Positions 1 to 10,005 of a stretch of 37,664 bases of DNA are shown here, in pieces; positions within the stretch are counted from its first letter, which is position 1; each line of letters starts with the position of its first letter. This DNA is from a virus (Duplodnaviria; Caudoviricetes). Made by a program: the position numbers and the translations under genes. The DNA is taken from IMG/VR virus record IMGVR_UViG_3300020469_003155, positions 1-37,664 of that record. One strand, written 5' to 3'. The notes below the pieces were generated by a model. It did not search any database. It was given only the letters and a program-made list of their open reading frames with translations, and had not been told where the DNA came from.

Positions 1-189
1 TTCTATTGCCCATACATTCCGTTGATGTCAAGTGGCACAGTGCTTGATCCGTCAAGCTTCGAGCCAGTAGTTAGCTTTATGACCAGATATGGTTATGTAG
101 AGCTTTCAAACCAAGCTAGCTCACTTGGTAACGCAGCTGATTACCTCAGCAAAATTGCAGTTACCACTGGCGAACTATCATTTACCTAA
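1..189 (+). CDS. gp23: T4-like major capsid protein, C-terminal fragment (5' end outside window)
   Basis: Frame +1 reads FYCPYIPLMSSGTVLDPSSFEPVVSFMTRYGYVELSNQASSLGNAADYLSKIAVTTGELSFT*. FYCPY(I/V)PL...F.P...F.TRYG is the gp23 C-terminal signature. Not in the ORF track. Followed by a terminator. Confidence 0.92.
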   Translation, partial: FYCPYIPLMSSGTVLDPSSFEPVVSFMTRYGYVELSNQASSLGNAADYLSKIAVTTGELSFT

Positions 190-214
190 TTTAGGTACTT
201 GCAGGTTACAAGAG

Positions 215-244
215 AACAGGGTCCAAGTGGCCCTGTTTTTTTTT
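215..244 (+). terminator. Rho-independent terminator after gp23
   Basis: AACAGGGTC-caagt-GGCCCTGTT stem (9 bp incl. one G-U) running into a T tract ending at 244. Confidence 0.9.
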
Positions 245-247
245 GAC

Positions 248-253
248 TAAATA
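248..253 (+). promoter_or_regulatory. T4-type late promoter (TAAATA)
   Basis: cTAAATA about 20 nt upstream of the ATG at 274, with AGGAG RBS between. Same motif recurs before most structural genes here. Confidence 0.75.
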
Positions 254-273
254 TCTATAACAGGAGATAATCG

Positions 274-936
274 ATGGCATCCAATTTTGATCAAAATATA
301 AATGTAACAGGTGTAGTTACTGCGACTTCTTTTAGTGGTGACGGTAGTGCATTGACCGGTGTTGGAGGCGGCGGCGGAAGTGCTTTAACAGTTCAAGAAG
401 AAGGTAGTGCATTAGCAACAGCGGCTACTACACTAAATTTCGTTGGTGCTAACATAACTGCTACAGGAACTGGTGCAGTAAAAACAATTACAGTTACTGG
501 CGGAAGTGCAACTGCACTAGATGGATTAACAGATGTAAGTACAAGTGGTGTAACAAGCGGACAAGTATTAAAATATAATGGTTCAAGTTGGGCGCCAGCA
601 AATGATAGCGTGTCTAGTGGAGGTAGCTTAGGAGATATTACTGCAACTGGTAGTACACTAGCTAGTAGTGGTGCAACTATTACAGTTGATGATAATCTTG
701 TAGTAACTGGTACACTAACTAGTACTCAAGCAGGTGCACCTATATTAACAAGTGCTAGTACACTTACACTACAAGCAACAACAAGAACAGTTGTTGCAAA
801 TACTCCTATTAAATTAGCTAGTTTTACAACTACTAATAGAGATGCACTAACGTCAGCAGACGGAGACATGATTTATAATAGTACAACAAATAAATTCCAA
901 GGCTTTGCAAATGGCTCTTGGGTAGATTTACATTAA
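274..936 (+). CDS. Virion fiber/decoration protein
   Basis: Gly/Thr/Ser-rich. Modules VTATSFSGDGSALT, VQEEGSALATAATTLNFVG, GQVLKYNGSSWAPA. C-terminal GDMIYNSTTNKFQGFANGSWVDLH is paralogous to the 14763 gene end. Confidence 0.75.
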   Translation: MASNFDQNINVTGVVTATSFSGDGSALTGVGGGGGSALTVQEEGSALATAATTLNFVGANITATGTGAVKTITVTGGSATALDGLTDVSTSGVTSGQVLKYNGSSWAPANDSVSSGGSLGDITATGSTLASSGATITVDDNLVVTGTLTSTQAGAPILTSASTLTLQATTRTVVANTPIKLASFTTTNRDALTSADGDMIYNSTTNKFQGFANGSWVDLH

Positions 937-945
937 GGAATAACA

Positions 946-1185
946 ATGGCACAGAACGGAATATCAACACTACAATATAAAAGAGATAGACAAGATCAAA
1001 AACTAGCTCTTGCTGGTACAGATAGATCAAATGCAAACACTATAACACCAGGACGTTATGCAGTAACTTCAGCAGATGCAACAGAGTTACCAACTAGATA
1101 TGCTAGTAATAACAATGACCATGCAAGCATAATAGATAATCCAAATACAGGCGGATTAAAACAAGGACGGCCTTTCGCACCATAG
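946..1185 (+). CDS. Small hypothetical phage protein (probably virion-associated)
   Basis: 79-aa ORF with AAGGA RBS, tightly packed between two structural genes. No function recognised. Confidence 0.7.
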   Translation: MAQNGISTLQYKRDRQDQKLALAGTDRSNANTITPGRYAVTSADATELPTRYASNNNDHASIIDNPNTGGLKQGRPFAP

Positions 1186-1194
1186 GAGATATAA

Positions 1195-3603
1195 ATGGCA
1201 GAATTTCATTATCATTTAGGTACACATACTAAAGAACAATATGATGCATTAGATGCTAGTTTGCGTGATGCTGATGATCCAACATATGTAGCAAGAGAAG
1301 TTTCACAAACTGATGAAATACTACACAGTCCTACAAGAGGTGTATTTTGGTTAAGTGAAGAAGAAGCTTCAGAACTAGAAAAAGATCCACAAGTTTCTTT
1401 TATACACAAAGATCCGGATAACTATCCAGATGATTACCCCCAACCTCCTGAAGATGAATTACATTGTATGATAACCGAAACATATAGATATAACGAACCA
1501 GTCAAGCATAGAAATCAATATGCAAGTGCTAGTGATTTCCCTACAACACCAGACGCAACTGATTTGAGAAGATGTGGATATCAGTTACTAAGGACTACAA
1601 GTGAAAACGGACCAAAAGCAAAAAGAGATATATGGTCTAGTGATGCTTTAACAGTAAGTGCTAATATTAGAAAAACTGGTACAGGAAAAGATGTTGATAT
1701 TGTTTGCATGGACAACGGCACCTGGATAGGACATATTGAATTTATTAATAATAGACCAGCTAGTGAATCACCAACAGACTATATAGGCGGAAATGTACTA
1801 CCAGGAGATGGAATATGTGATTGTTTAGATTTGGTTCTTGATAGTCCTTATTATATTGATCCAGCTTGGTTTGATGCCGCTCCTAGCAGTAGATTAGAAA
1901 CTAGATGGGATGGAACTACAGTGCCTACTGAATCAGAAGCTAGAAGTTGGTGGGGAAGCACAAGTAATAGAAGTGCCGCTTTTTCTAGCTATGGAACAGT
2001 TTCAATACAAACATCATATACAAGATTAAGGGCTCATGGTGATTACGACACTGATCCATATAGTGCTACACATGGTACTCAATGTGGTAGTCAAATTTTT
2101 GGAAGAACACACGGCTGGGCTTATAATGCAAACAAATGGATTATTGACGGATATAGTGGATATGGATTAGGACTCACCAGAGTTTGGGACGTTCAAAAAA
2201 TATTCCATCAAGCAAAGCCTGTTAATTCAAAATATGGAACACAAGATCCAACAATAAGTTCAAACAGTTGGGGTTATAGAGCAACTCCTACTAGTAGTGC
2301 TTATGCATTTCATAGAACTGGCGGTGCAATAACCTATACACAAGATTCTGACAAACCGCAGTTTATGCGTTATATAGGAGACGCTGGTGATAGTGGAAGA
2401 ATGAAAAGTGAATTCTTAGATAGCAGTATTGTTACTAGTGCAAAAGAAATGGTAGATGCTGGTGTTATTACAGTAGTTGCCTCAGGTAATGGTAATCAAA
2501 AGCAAACACGATGGGATCATGCAGATTATGACAACTATTGGCATACCAGTCAAACAGGACACTTTGGAGATGGTGTCAGTGTTTTTCAATTTGGGTATCA
2601 AGTTATGCCTACAATTAATAGACCAGGGTTCCCACAACATGCAGGAGCTGCATTTGGAGATCCACAAACATTTAATATTACAGTAACGGCAAGTGGATCG
2701 AGTGCATACACTATGTCAGGTACAGACAGAAACGGATCAGTAAGTGGAAACAATCCTACTGTTACTATTCACAGAGGTGATACAGTTAATTTTAATGTAA
2801 ATGCTAGTGGACATCCTTTTTATGTTAATCATACAGCTGGTACAGGAACTGGAAATGCTGTACTGTATCCTACAGCTTCAAATAATGGTACACAAAGTGG
2901 CACAGTATCTTGGACACCTAATCAGCGTACAGCATCAAGCACAGGTGGTGAACAGTTTTATTATAATTGTCAATTCCACGGTGGAATGCAAGGTAATATA
3001 AATGTACAGTCAGGAAATAGAACAAATCCAACAATAAATGTTGGTGCATTAGATGATCAATATGCTACAGGAACAAAAGAACGCAAGGTTAATTACAGCG
3101 ATATGGGAAATATGATTGATTTATTTTCACCAGCTGACGGAAGTTTAGCCGCAACTGTAGGCACATACGGTATAGATATTCCTAGATTTGATAATACCTA
3201 TGTTAGTAAAAGTGGAAACACAAGTTGGGCAGATGGGACAACCGGATCACCTAGTACCAGTAGAGATACAAGATTCAGTGGAACCAGTAGTGCATGTCCA
3301 ATAGCGGCAGGTCTTATCGGAACTGTAGTAGAGTTCAATAGAAGTTGGTCTGAATCAGATATTAAAACATGGCTTGGAACACTACAGAATCAAGACACTA
3401 CAAATGATTTTTATGATGGTACAGAAGACACTGGTGCTACAGACGCGGGACACAGTGACCTTAACAAATTACAAGGCGCAACTGCAAGAGTTATATACCA
3501 AGGCGGAACATTCAGTCATACTACAAAAGAAACAACTACAAAAGACGTTACTTTCGGAAATGGAATTTCAATTACTGGTTCTCTTGGTATGACTAGAGAT
3601 TGA
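1195..3603 (+). CDS. Subtilisin-like (S8) serine protease with inserted cupredoxin-like domain
   Basis: Triad motifs VDIVCMDNG (Asp), HGTQCGS (His), FSGTSSACPIAAG (Ser). Also ASGN oxyanion motif, INVGALD and NYSDMG..IDLFSP, and an I9-like prodomain (LSEEEASELEKDPQV). Insert carries GHPF...CQFHGGM. AGGAG RBS. Confidence 0.88.
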   Translation: MAEFHYHLGTHTKEQYDALDASLRDADDPTYVAREVSQTDEILHSPTRGVFWLSEEEASELEKDPQVSFIHKDPDNYPDDYPQPPEDELHCMITETYRYNEPVKHRNQYASASDFPTTPDATDLRRCGYQLLRTTSENGPKAKRDIWSSDALTVSANIRKTGTGKDVDIVCMDNGTWIGHIEFINNRPASESPTDYIGGNVLPGDGICDCLDLVLDSPYYIDPAWFDAAPSSRLETRWDGTTVPTESEARSWWGSTSNRSAAFSSYGTVSIQTSYTRLRAHGDYDTDPYSATHGTQCGSQIFGRTHGWAYNANKWIIDGYSGYGLGLTRVWDVQKIFHQAKPVNSKYGTQDPTISSNSWGYRATPTSSAYAFHRTGGAITYTQDSDKPQFMRYIGDAGDSGRMKSEFLDSSIVTSAKEMVDAGVITVVASGNGNQKQTRWDHADYDNYWHTSQTGHFGDGVSVFQFGYQVMPTINRPGFPQHAGAAFGDPQTFNITVTASGSSAYTMSGTDRNGSVSGNNPTVTIHRGDTVNFNVNASGHPFYVNHTAGTGTGNAVLYPTASNNGTQSGTVSWTPNQRTASSTGGEQFYYNCQFHGGMQGNINVQSGNRTNPTINVGALDDQYATGTKERKVNYSDMGNMIDLFSPADGSLAATVGTYGIDIPRFDNTYVSKSGNTSWADGTTGSPSTSRDTRFSGTSSACPIAAGLIGTVVEFNRSWSESDIKTWLGTLQNQDTTNDFYDGTEDTGATDAGHSDLNKLQGATARVIYQGGTFSHTTKETTTKDVTFGNGISITGSLGMTRD

Positions 3604-3627
3604 CAAATTTAAGAAGTGTGCTACATT
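3600..3627 (+). promoter_or_regulatory. Sigma70-type promoter for heme oxygenase (leaderless)
   Basis: TTGACA (3600-3605), 16-nt spacer ending TGc, TACATT (3622-3627). ATG at 3633 with no SD. Confidence 0.7.
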
Positions 3628-3632
3628 AAAGT

Positions 3633-4166
3633 ATGAGTAACCTTAAAAAACTAACTTGGGAACATCACAAAAATGCTGAGAGGCAAGATTTTGTGAAAGA
3701 ACTTATGGGAGGTATTAGTGCTGAACGCTATTGTGAGTTCTTACATAATCAACACCCTCAATATAATTTACTAGAAAACTTTGCGAGATTGCATAAACTT
3801 AATGATATAATTATTGCTCCAAAAATACATGCTGATATATTAGAATTAGAAACTCAACTTATAGATTTTAAACCAACAATATATCCTGTAGTCGAAAAGT
3901 ATGCAAAACATTTATTAACTATCAAAGACGATCCTAATAAACTTATGGCACACATATATGTACGTCACATGGGTGATCTCAGCGGCGGACAAATGATTGC
4001 TAAACGTACTCCTGGCGCAGGAACTATGTATCAATTTGACGAAGATGTAGATGTACTCAAAGATAAAATTCGCACAAGATTAGATGATAGTATGGCAGAG
4101 GAAGCTAAAATTTGTTTCGACTTTGCTACTGAACTTTTCCAACAAATGACGGTCTCAAACAACTAA
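3633..4166 (+). CDS. hemO: Heme oxygenase (HemO/Ho1 family)
   Basis: LKKLTWEHHKNAE (proximal His helix), LMAHIYVRHMGDLSGGQMI (distal helix signature), EEAKICF. Confidence 0.93.
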   Translation: MSNLKKLTWEHHKNAERQDFVKELMGGISAERYCEFLHNQHPQYNLLENFARLHKLNDIIIAPKIHADILELETQLIDFKPTIYPVVEKYAKHLLTIKDDPNKLMAHIYVRHMGDLSGGQMIAKRTPGAGTMYQFDEDVDVLKDKIRTRLDDSMAEEAKICFDFATELFQQMTVSNN

Positions 4167-4169
4167 ATA
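4164..4169 (+). promoter_or_regulatory. T4-type late promoter overlapping the hemO stop codon
   Basis: cTAAATA, 25 nt before the ATG at 4195. Confidence 0.7.
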
Positions 4170-4194
4170 CATAAAACAGTTGTGAGAGACATGC

Positions 4195-7100
4195 ATGGCA
4201 CTAAATTTAGATCATCAACAAGAAAGAATCACCACAAGTACTGGTGGCACTTTAACTATCAATACAAATGGTAGTATACGAATACCTGTAGGCAATACTG
4301 CTCAAAGACCAGGTACAGCCGCTACTGGGCAAATACGTTTTAATTCACAACTTAATAGATTTGAAGGCTACAACGGTGTAGCTTGGAAAAATATTGGCGG
4401 CGTTATCGACGCAGATCAAGACACATATATCGAAGTTGATAATCCACTAGACAATGATACTATAAAGTTTTTTACAGACGGAACTGAACGTGTTAGTATT
4501 GATAACACTGGCAAACTTACCATCGAAGGTGATGCAGAAATCAAAGGTAATTTAGTACTAGGTGGAAACATTACATTAGGAGATGCTGACACAGATGGTA
4601 TTAATATTAATTCAGAATTTAACAATAGCTTAATACCAAATGTTACAGATAGTTATAATTTAGGTAGCTCTACAAAATTATGGAAAGATATATTTTTATC
4701 AGGAACATTTGATAATAGTACAAATACAGGTTCTTTAATTCTACCACAAGGAACAACTGCACAACGTCCAAGTACTGTACAAACTGGTATGTTACGTTTC
4801 AGTACAACTACTAGTAAAGCAGAAATATATGATGGAACTGCATGGGTTGAAGTAGGCGCAGGAGGCGGAGCAAGCGATGTTTTCAAAACTATTAGTGTAA
4901 GTGGGCAAGCTGATGTAGTTGCAGACGGATCTAGTGATACACTTACACTTGTAGCTGGCACAGGAATTAGTATTGCTACAAATGCCGCAACAGACGAAAT
5001 TACTATATCAACAAGTGGAGGTGGTGGTGGATCCGCACAGAACTTATTTGATAAAATTGCAGTAAGTGGACAAAACAATATTCTTGCTGATAATACAGCA
5101 GACACACTAACATTTATTGCTGGTACTGGTATTACAATTACAACTGACGCTAATGCTGATAGTATTAGAATTGATAGTACAGGAGGTTATGATAATGCAG
5201 ATGTTGATACACATTTAAATCAAAGTACAGCTGCAACTGGGGAAGTACTCAGTTGGAACGGTACAGATTATGACTGGGTAAGCAATGCTGGATACACTGA
5301 TGCAGATGTTGATACACACTTAAATCAGAGTAGTGCTACGACAGGACAAGCACTTATATATGACGGTGCAGATTATGCATGGAGTACTGTTGGTGGTCAA
5401 ATTACAATACAAGATGAAGGAACAAATTTATCTACAGCCGCTACAACACTTAATTTTGTAGGCCCAGGTGTTACAGCAACAGGCTCTGGTGCAACTAAGA
5501 CTATCACAATTACTGGCGGAGGCGGAGGCAGTGGCACAGGAGATGCTATTATAGATGCTGATGCTGACACACATATTAAAGTAGAAACTTCAACAGACGA
5601 AGATAAAATTAGGTTTACTACAGCAGGTTCTCAGAGAGCGATGATAGATGCTAATGGTGACTTTATCATTGGTGATCCGAATACGTCAACATTTTACAAA
5701 TTACCTACTACAAGGGGTACCACAGGACAGGTTCCGGTATTAGATGCTAGTGGTAATGCAACATTTCAAACTATTGCTAGTGGTAGCGGAACAGCATTTT
5801 ATCAAAACAATGCACCTACTGTAGGTGTTAATGCAGGTGACCTTTGGTTTGATACAGGTACTACTGCTGAACTCTTTGTATACACTGGCGGTGAATGGGT
5901 ATCTGTTGTTAGTGGTGCTGATACAGGTTTTATTCCAGTAAACTTTACTGCAAACGGATCTACACAAGCATTTGATGCTAATGTAGGCGATGGAACTGTT
6001 AGCATGGTATTTTTAAACGGTGTATTAATGCAGAGAACAAATGACTATACTGAAACAGGAGGTGTAGTAACTTTTGTAGGAACACCTAGCAACGGTGATC
6101 AAATTGATATTATCGTTACTGGAGAAATAGTTGCTATTACACTTCCACAATTAGGATTAACAAACCACACATTAATTAGTATTGACAATGCAGGTAACTT
6201 AGAAGCAACTAGTTTAAAAGCACAAAATTTAAGTTCTACGCAGATTCCTTATACAGCTATAAGCGGTGAATTAATTGGTTCGAATGCATTATACTGGACA
6301 GGTAATGTATTTGGTGCAGTGGGTACAGGAGGTATACAAGGACCAACTGGAACTACAGCTCAAAGACCAACTCCTGTACAAGGTATATTTAGATACAATA
6401 CCGATGACCAAAAAATGGAGTACTATGATGGTACTAATACTGTATGGAAAAAACTAGCAGTTGAAGGCGGATTTATTAGTAATTTACTTGAAGATACAAC
6501 TCCACAACTAGGCGGTAATTTAGATGTTAACGGAAAAAATATTGTAAGCACTAGTAGTGGCAACATTACAATACAGCCAGACGGAACAGGAAAAGTTGTA
6601 ATAAGTGGTATTAATTATCCAACAGCAGATGGCAATTTAGATCAAGTACTTGCAACAAATGGTAGTGGACAACTAGCGTTTACTAGTGTTAATGCACTTA
6701 GTGGTAGTGGCATTACAAATGTAAATGAAGATACTAGTCCAGAATTAGGTGGCAACTTAGATGTAGTAACACATCAAATTGTCAGTACTAGTGGTAGAGA
6801 TATTGAGATTATACCAGATACTACAGGCAATGTAGGTATTGGTCAGACTAATCCACTGGAAAAATTACATGTGGATGGAGCTATCCGTATAAATGGTGTA
6901 AGCACATTAGAAACTGCTGCAACAACTCTAGCAACAACAACACAATCTGCAATAGACACATTTGCAACAACAAAATTTAGAAGTTGCAAATATGTTATAC
7001 AAGCTACTGATACAGTTAGTAACGAGTATCAAATTACAGAAGCATTACTAATACACGATGGATCCACTGCATACGTCAGTGTTTATGGTATTGTAATGAC

Positions 7101-7224
7101 AGGTAGTGCTGAACTGTTTACACTAGATGCAGATGTAAACGGTGGTAATGTTAGACTACTAACAACCAGTGCTAGTACTAATAGCACACAATACAAATTA
7201 ACAAGAACAAGTACGTTGGTGTAA
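4195..7224 (+). CDS. Large modular virion fiber/structural protein
   Basis: Three P.G.TAQRP...G..R(F/Y) repeats, two DAD.DT.I.V...D.I.F repeats, tandem SGQ..AD...DTLT repeats, two VDTHLNQS and two EDT.P.LGGNLDV repeats. C-terminal IDTFATTKFRSCKYVIQ...HDGSTAY domain typical of T4-like marine phage virion proteins. Confidence 0.8.
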   Translation: MALNLDHQQERITTSTGGTLTINTNGSIRIPVGNTAQRPGTAATGQIRFNSQLNRFEGYNGVAWKNIGGVIDADQDTYIEVDNPLDNDTIKFFTDGTERVSIDNTGKLTIEGDAEIKGNLVLGGNITLGDADTDGININSEFNNSLIPNVTDSYNLGSSTKLWKDIFLSGTFDNSTNTGSLILPQGTTAQRPSTVQTGMLRFSTTTSKAEIYDGTAWVEVGAGGGASDVFKTISVSGQADVVADGSSDTLTLVAGTGISIATNAATDEITISTSGGGGGSAQNLFDKIAVSGQNNILADNTADTLTFIAGTGITITTDANADSIRIDSTGGYDNADVDTHLNQSTAATGEVLSWNGTDYDWVSNAGYTDADVDTHLNQSSATTGQALIYDGADYAWSTVGGQITIQDEGTNLSTAATTLNFVGPGVTATGSGATKTITITGGGGGSGTGDAIIDADADTHIKVETSTDEDKIRFTTAGSQRAMIDANGDFIIGDPNTSTFYKLPTTRGTTGQVPVLDASGNATFQTIASGSGTAFYQNNAPTVGVNAGDLWFDTGTTAELFVYTGGEWVSVVSGADTGFIPVNFTANGSTQAFDANVGDGTVSMVFLNGVLMQRTNDYTETGGVVTFVGTPSNGDQIDIIVTGEIVAITLPQLGLTNHTLISIDNAGNLEATSLKAQNLSSTQIPYTAISGELIGSNALYWTGNVFGAVGTGGIQGPTGTTAQRPTPVQGIFRYNTDDQKMEYYDGTNTVWKKLAVEGGFISNLLEDTTPQLGGNLDVNGKNIVSTSSGNITIQPDGTGKVVISGINYPTADGNLDQVLATNGSGQLAFTSVNALSGSGITNVNEDTSPELGGNLDVVTHQIVSTSGRDIEIIPDTTGNVGIGQTNPLEKLHVDGAIRINGVSTLETAATTLATTTQSAIDTFATTKFRSCKYVIQATDTVSNEYQITEALLIHDGSTAYVSVYGIVMTGSAELFTLDADVNGGNVRLLTTSASTNSTQYKLTRTSTLV

Positions 7225-7225
7225 T

Positions 7226-8068
7226 ATGGCATTAAAAGATTTTATGGTAAAAAGCAATGTCCAAATGATGGGACATCAAACAGTAGGCGGATATCTAGCA
7301 GGCCCGGCTACTTTTGTAATAGACCCAGCCGCTATTGGAGATGATACAGGACTTGTTCAGATCAAAGGTGGGTTACAAGTAGATGGAACTACTACCACTG
7401 TCAATAGTACTACACTAGACGTTACTGATCTCAATATCACTGTAGCCAAAGGTGCTGTAAATGCAGGTGCCGCCAATGGAGCTGGACTTACTGTAGACGG
7501 AGCTGGAGCAACACTTACATATGATAGTACAAATGATCGTTGGGCAATTAACAAATCTCTTGCTGGTAATGTAATAGGCACAGTGAGTGATATTAGTAAT
7601 CATGATACAGATTCACTTAGTCAAGGTACAGCAAATTTATATTACACAAATGCTAGAGCAGATGCTAGAATTACAAATGCAGGAAGTGCAAACTGGAATA
7701 CAGCATTTGGATGGGGAAATCATGCAAGTGCAGGTTACTTAACAAGTTTTACAGAAACAGATCCTATAGTAGGTGCTGTTACAGGTCTTGTTAAAGCAGA
7801 CGGTAGTGGTAATATATCAGCCGCAGTTGCTGGTACAGATTATCTAGTAACTGAAGCAGATACATTAGATAGTGTAACTGGCAGAGGTGCAACAACTACA
7901 AATGATATCAGTGTAAATACACTAGCAAGCACAATAGCAACAGGTACTGCACCATTTACAGTAGCAAGTACAACAATGGTCAGCAACTTAAACGCTGACA
8001 AATTAGACGATAAGGAATTTACAGATATTATTGCCGAAGCAACTGCATTGGCAATAGCGTTAGGATAG
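7226..8068 (+). CDS. Virion fiber protein ending in ALAIALG
   Basis: LQVDGTTTTVNST...GAGLTVDG module (paralogous to 24847 gene), WNTAFGWGNHA, TLDSVTGRGATT, C-terminal ATALAIALG. Confidence 0.75.
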   Translation: MALKDFMVKSNVQMMGHQTVGGYLAGPATFVIDPAAIGDDTGLVQIKGGLQVDGTTTTVNSTTLDVTDLNITVAKGAVNAGAANGAGLTVDGAGATLTYDSTNDRWAINKSLAGNVIGTVSDISNHDTDSLSQGTANLYYTNARADARITNAGSANWNTAFGWGNHASAGYLTSFTETDPIVGAVTGLVKADGSGNISAAVAGTDYLVTEADTLDSVTGRGATTTNDISVNTLASTIATGTAPFTVASTTMVSNLNADKLDDKEFTDIIAEATALAIALG

Positions 8069-8071
8069 AAT

Positions 8072-8380
8072 ATGGCACAGACATTTAAAAATTATCAATC
8101 AGGTAGTGTTGGAACATCACCAACAACTGTTTACACAGTAGCAGGAGGAACAACTAGTATTGTGATTGGTCTCAATCTTGCTAATAGAACAGCATCACAA
8201 ATTACAGCAAGTGCCCAACTAGGAACAACATATATTGTTAAAGATGCACCCATACCAAGTGGAGGTGCATTGAGTGTACTAGATGGAAAAATTATTGCAG
8301 AAGCGTCTGATACTATTATAGTAACCAGTAATACTGCTAGTAGTTGTGATGTTATACTGAGTGTATTAGAGCAGACGTAA
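8072..8380 (+). CDS. Small virion protein, partner of the upstream fiber
   Basis: 102 aa, beta-rich (TTVYTV...IVIGLNLAN...DVILSVLE). Paralog-like to 25559..25888. TAATG-coupled to next gene. Confidence 0.7.
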   Translation: MAQTFKNYQSGSVGTSPTTVYTVAGGTTSIVIGLNLANRTASQITASAQLGTTYIVKDAPIPSGGALSVLDGKIIAEASDTIIVTSNTASSCDVILSVLEQT

Positions 8381-9726
8381 TGGGTAAATCAAAACAACTA
8401 GCAACAATGTTATCAGATGCTCCGGCGGCACTCGACACGCTAGATGAACTTGCCGCGGCATTGGGAGATGACGCAAACTTTGCAACTACAGTCACAAATA
8501 GTATAGCAACTAAAGCACCTTTAGCTGATCCTCAATTTACAGGAAATGTTGGTATTGGTGCCAATACACCTGTAGACTCGAGTGGTTTTGGTAAAGCATT
8601 AGATGTCAACGGTACTAACGGAGCGGCATTATACCTCAGAGACAACACAGATAGTAAAATGGGTGTTTTTGGGCAGTGGGACGGAGAACTGTCAATACAT
8701 TCTAAACAAGCAGATGGTACAATAGGATTTTATATCAATAATGGTAGTAAACTAAAAATAGATTCTAGCGGAAATGTTGGAATAGGAATGACCCCAGTTG
8801 CGTTAACTGATAATCATTTTGTTAGCTCTCTTTCAATTGGTTCTAACGGTCCTTATATTCTTTTAAAAGATGAGAATAACGCAAATAAAATGCGATATAT
8901 CGCAAACAACACTGGCGAGTTTCAAATTGGACAAGTCGACGATGATGGTTCAACAAATAAAACTGAACATTTAAGAATTGTGTCTGATGGCAAAGTTGGT
9001 ATTGGTGAAAGTAGTCCATCAAATATATTGCATATCAAAACCAGTGCTAGTGGCGGACCACAAATAGAATTAGATTCAACTAGTGGCACAGCAAATAGTG
9101 CATTTATCAACTTTGACGGAACAAGTTTGCAATTATCTACACAAAGAGATATGATTGATGGTAGTAAACGTGATACTGCTAAAAGTTGGGGTGGTATTAA
9201 TATTGTTGGAGCGGCGGCAGGATCTTACATTCAGTTGCAAACAAGTGAAGGCAACAATAATGCTGTTTCAACAAAAATGGAAATATCTAAAGAAGGTTAT
9301 GTAACAAAACCTAGTACACCAATGTTTTCGTACTTGGGAACAAGAGATCATGCTATTACTACCACTGGTACTCAAACAATGTCGAGTAGTAATGTGTGGG
9401 CTTCAAATGTTAACCATAGTTTTAATAACGGTAGTCATTTTAATGCAAGTACTGGCAGATTTACAGCACCTATAGCTGGCAAATACTACTTTAAATTCCA
9501 ATGTATGGCATCTAGTTTTGGTTCTGGATACCTTTGGTTTTATATGGGTATAAACGGTTCTAATAAATCATATATGCAAATGAATCAACAGACAAATCGC
9601 GTGCCTATGATACACCATATGTACTGTGATCTATCCGCGAATGATTATGTTACTTGCTTATGGACAAATAACTATGTGAGTGGTACTATTCATTATCCAG
9701 GCTTTAGCGGATCACTAGTAGGGTAA
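8380..9726 (+). CDS. Tail fiber-like protein with C-terminal C1q-like domain
   Basis: APAALDTLDELAAALGDDANFATTV tail-fiber motif, G(N/K)VGIG repeats, C1q-like FNASTGRFTAPIAGKYYF...LSANDYV...FSGSLVG. Confidence 0.82.
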   Translation: MGKSKQLATMLSDAPAALDTLDELAAALGDDANFATTVTNSIATKAPLADPQFTGNVGIGANTPVDSSGFGKALDVNGTNGAALYLRDNTDSKMGVFGQWDGELSIHSKQADGTIGFYINNGSKLKIDSSGNVGIGMTPVALTDNHFVSSLSIGSNGPYILLKDENNANKMRYIANNTGEFQIGQVDDDGSTNKTEHLRIVSDGKVGIGESSPSNILHIKTSASGGPQIELDSTSGTANSAFINFDGTSLQLSTQRDMIDGSKRDTAKSWGGINIVGAAAGSYIQLQTSEGNNNAVSTKMEISKEGYVTKPSTPMFSYLGTRDHAITTTGTQTMSSSNVWASNVNHSFNNGSHFNASTGRFTAPIAGKYYFKFQCMASSFGSGYLWFYMGINGSNKSYMQMNQQTNRVPMIHHMYCDLSANDYVTCLWTNNYVSGTIHYPGFSGSLVG

Positions 9727-9729
9727 ATA
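9724..9729 (+). promoter_or_regulatory. T4-type late promoter overlapping stop codon
   Basis: gTAAATA followed by GGAG RBS and ATG at 9748. Confidence 0.6.
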
Positions 9730-9747
9730 ATACAAACGGAGAAACAC

Positions 9748-10005
9748 ATGCCAGATATTACAATTAGTATAACAGATACAGAGAAAAAAGCACTTGAAAC
9801 AGTGATGATAGATATCGACGTTTGGACTGATAATGCAGTAACCAATCGTGCTAGAATTGCCAAAGAAGAAATTATTTCACTGCTAGTAGCTCATTGTAAT
9901 GCAAATGATATATCGATTGCCACAGGTGAAGATGCACAAGTGACTCAAGCATATGATTTAGGTGTTGTATCTAAAGCAACAACAACAGAACCAGAGAGTG
10001 AATAA
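9748..10005 (+). CDS. Small acidic partner of the C1q-tipped fiber (putative chaperone/tip protein)
   Basis: 85 aa, GGAG RBS, directly after fiber gene, TAATG-coupled to next fiber. Role inferred from position. Confidence 0.7.
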   Translation: MPDITISITDTEKKALETVMIDIDVWTDNAVTNRARIAKEEIISLLVAHCNANDISIATGEDAQVTQAYDLGVVSKATTTEPESE

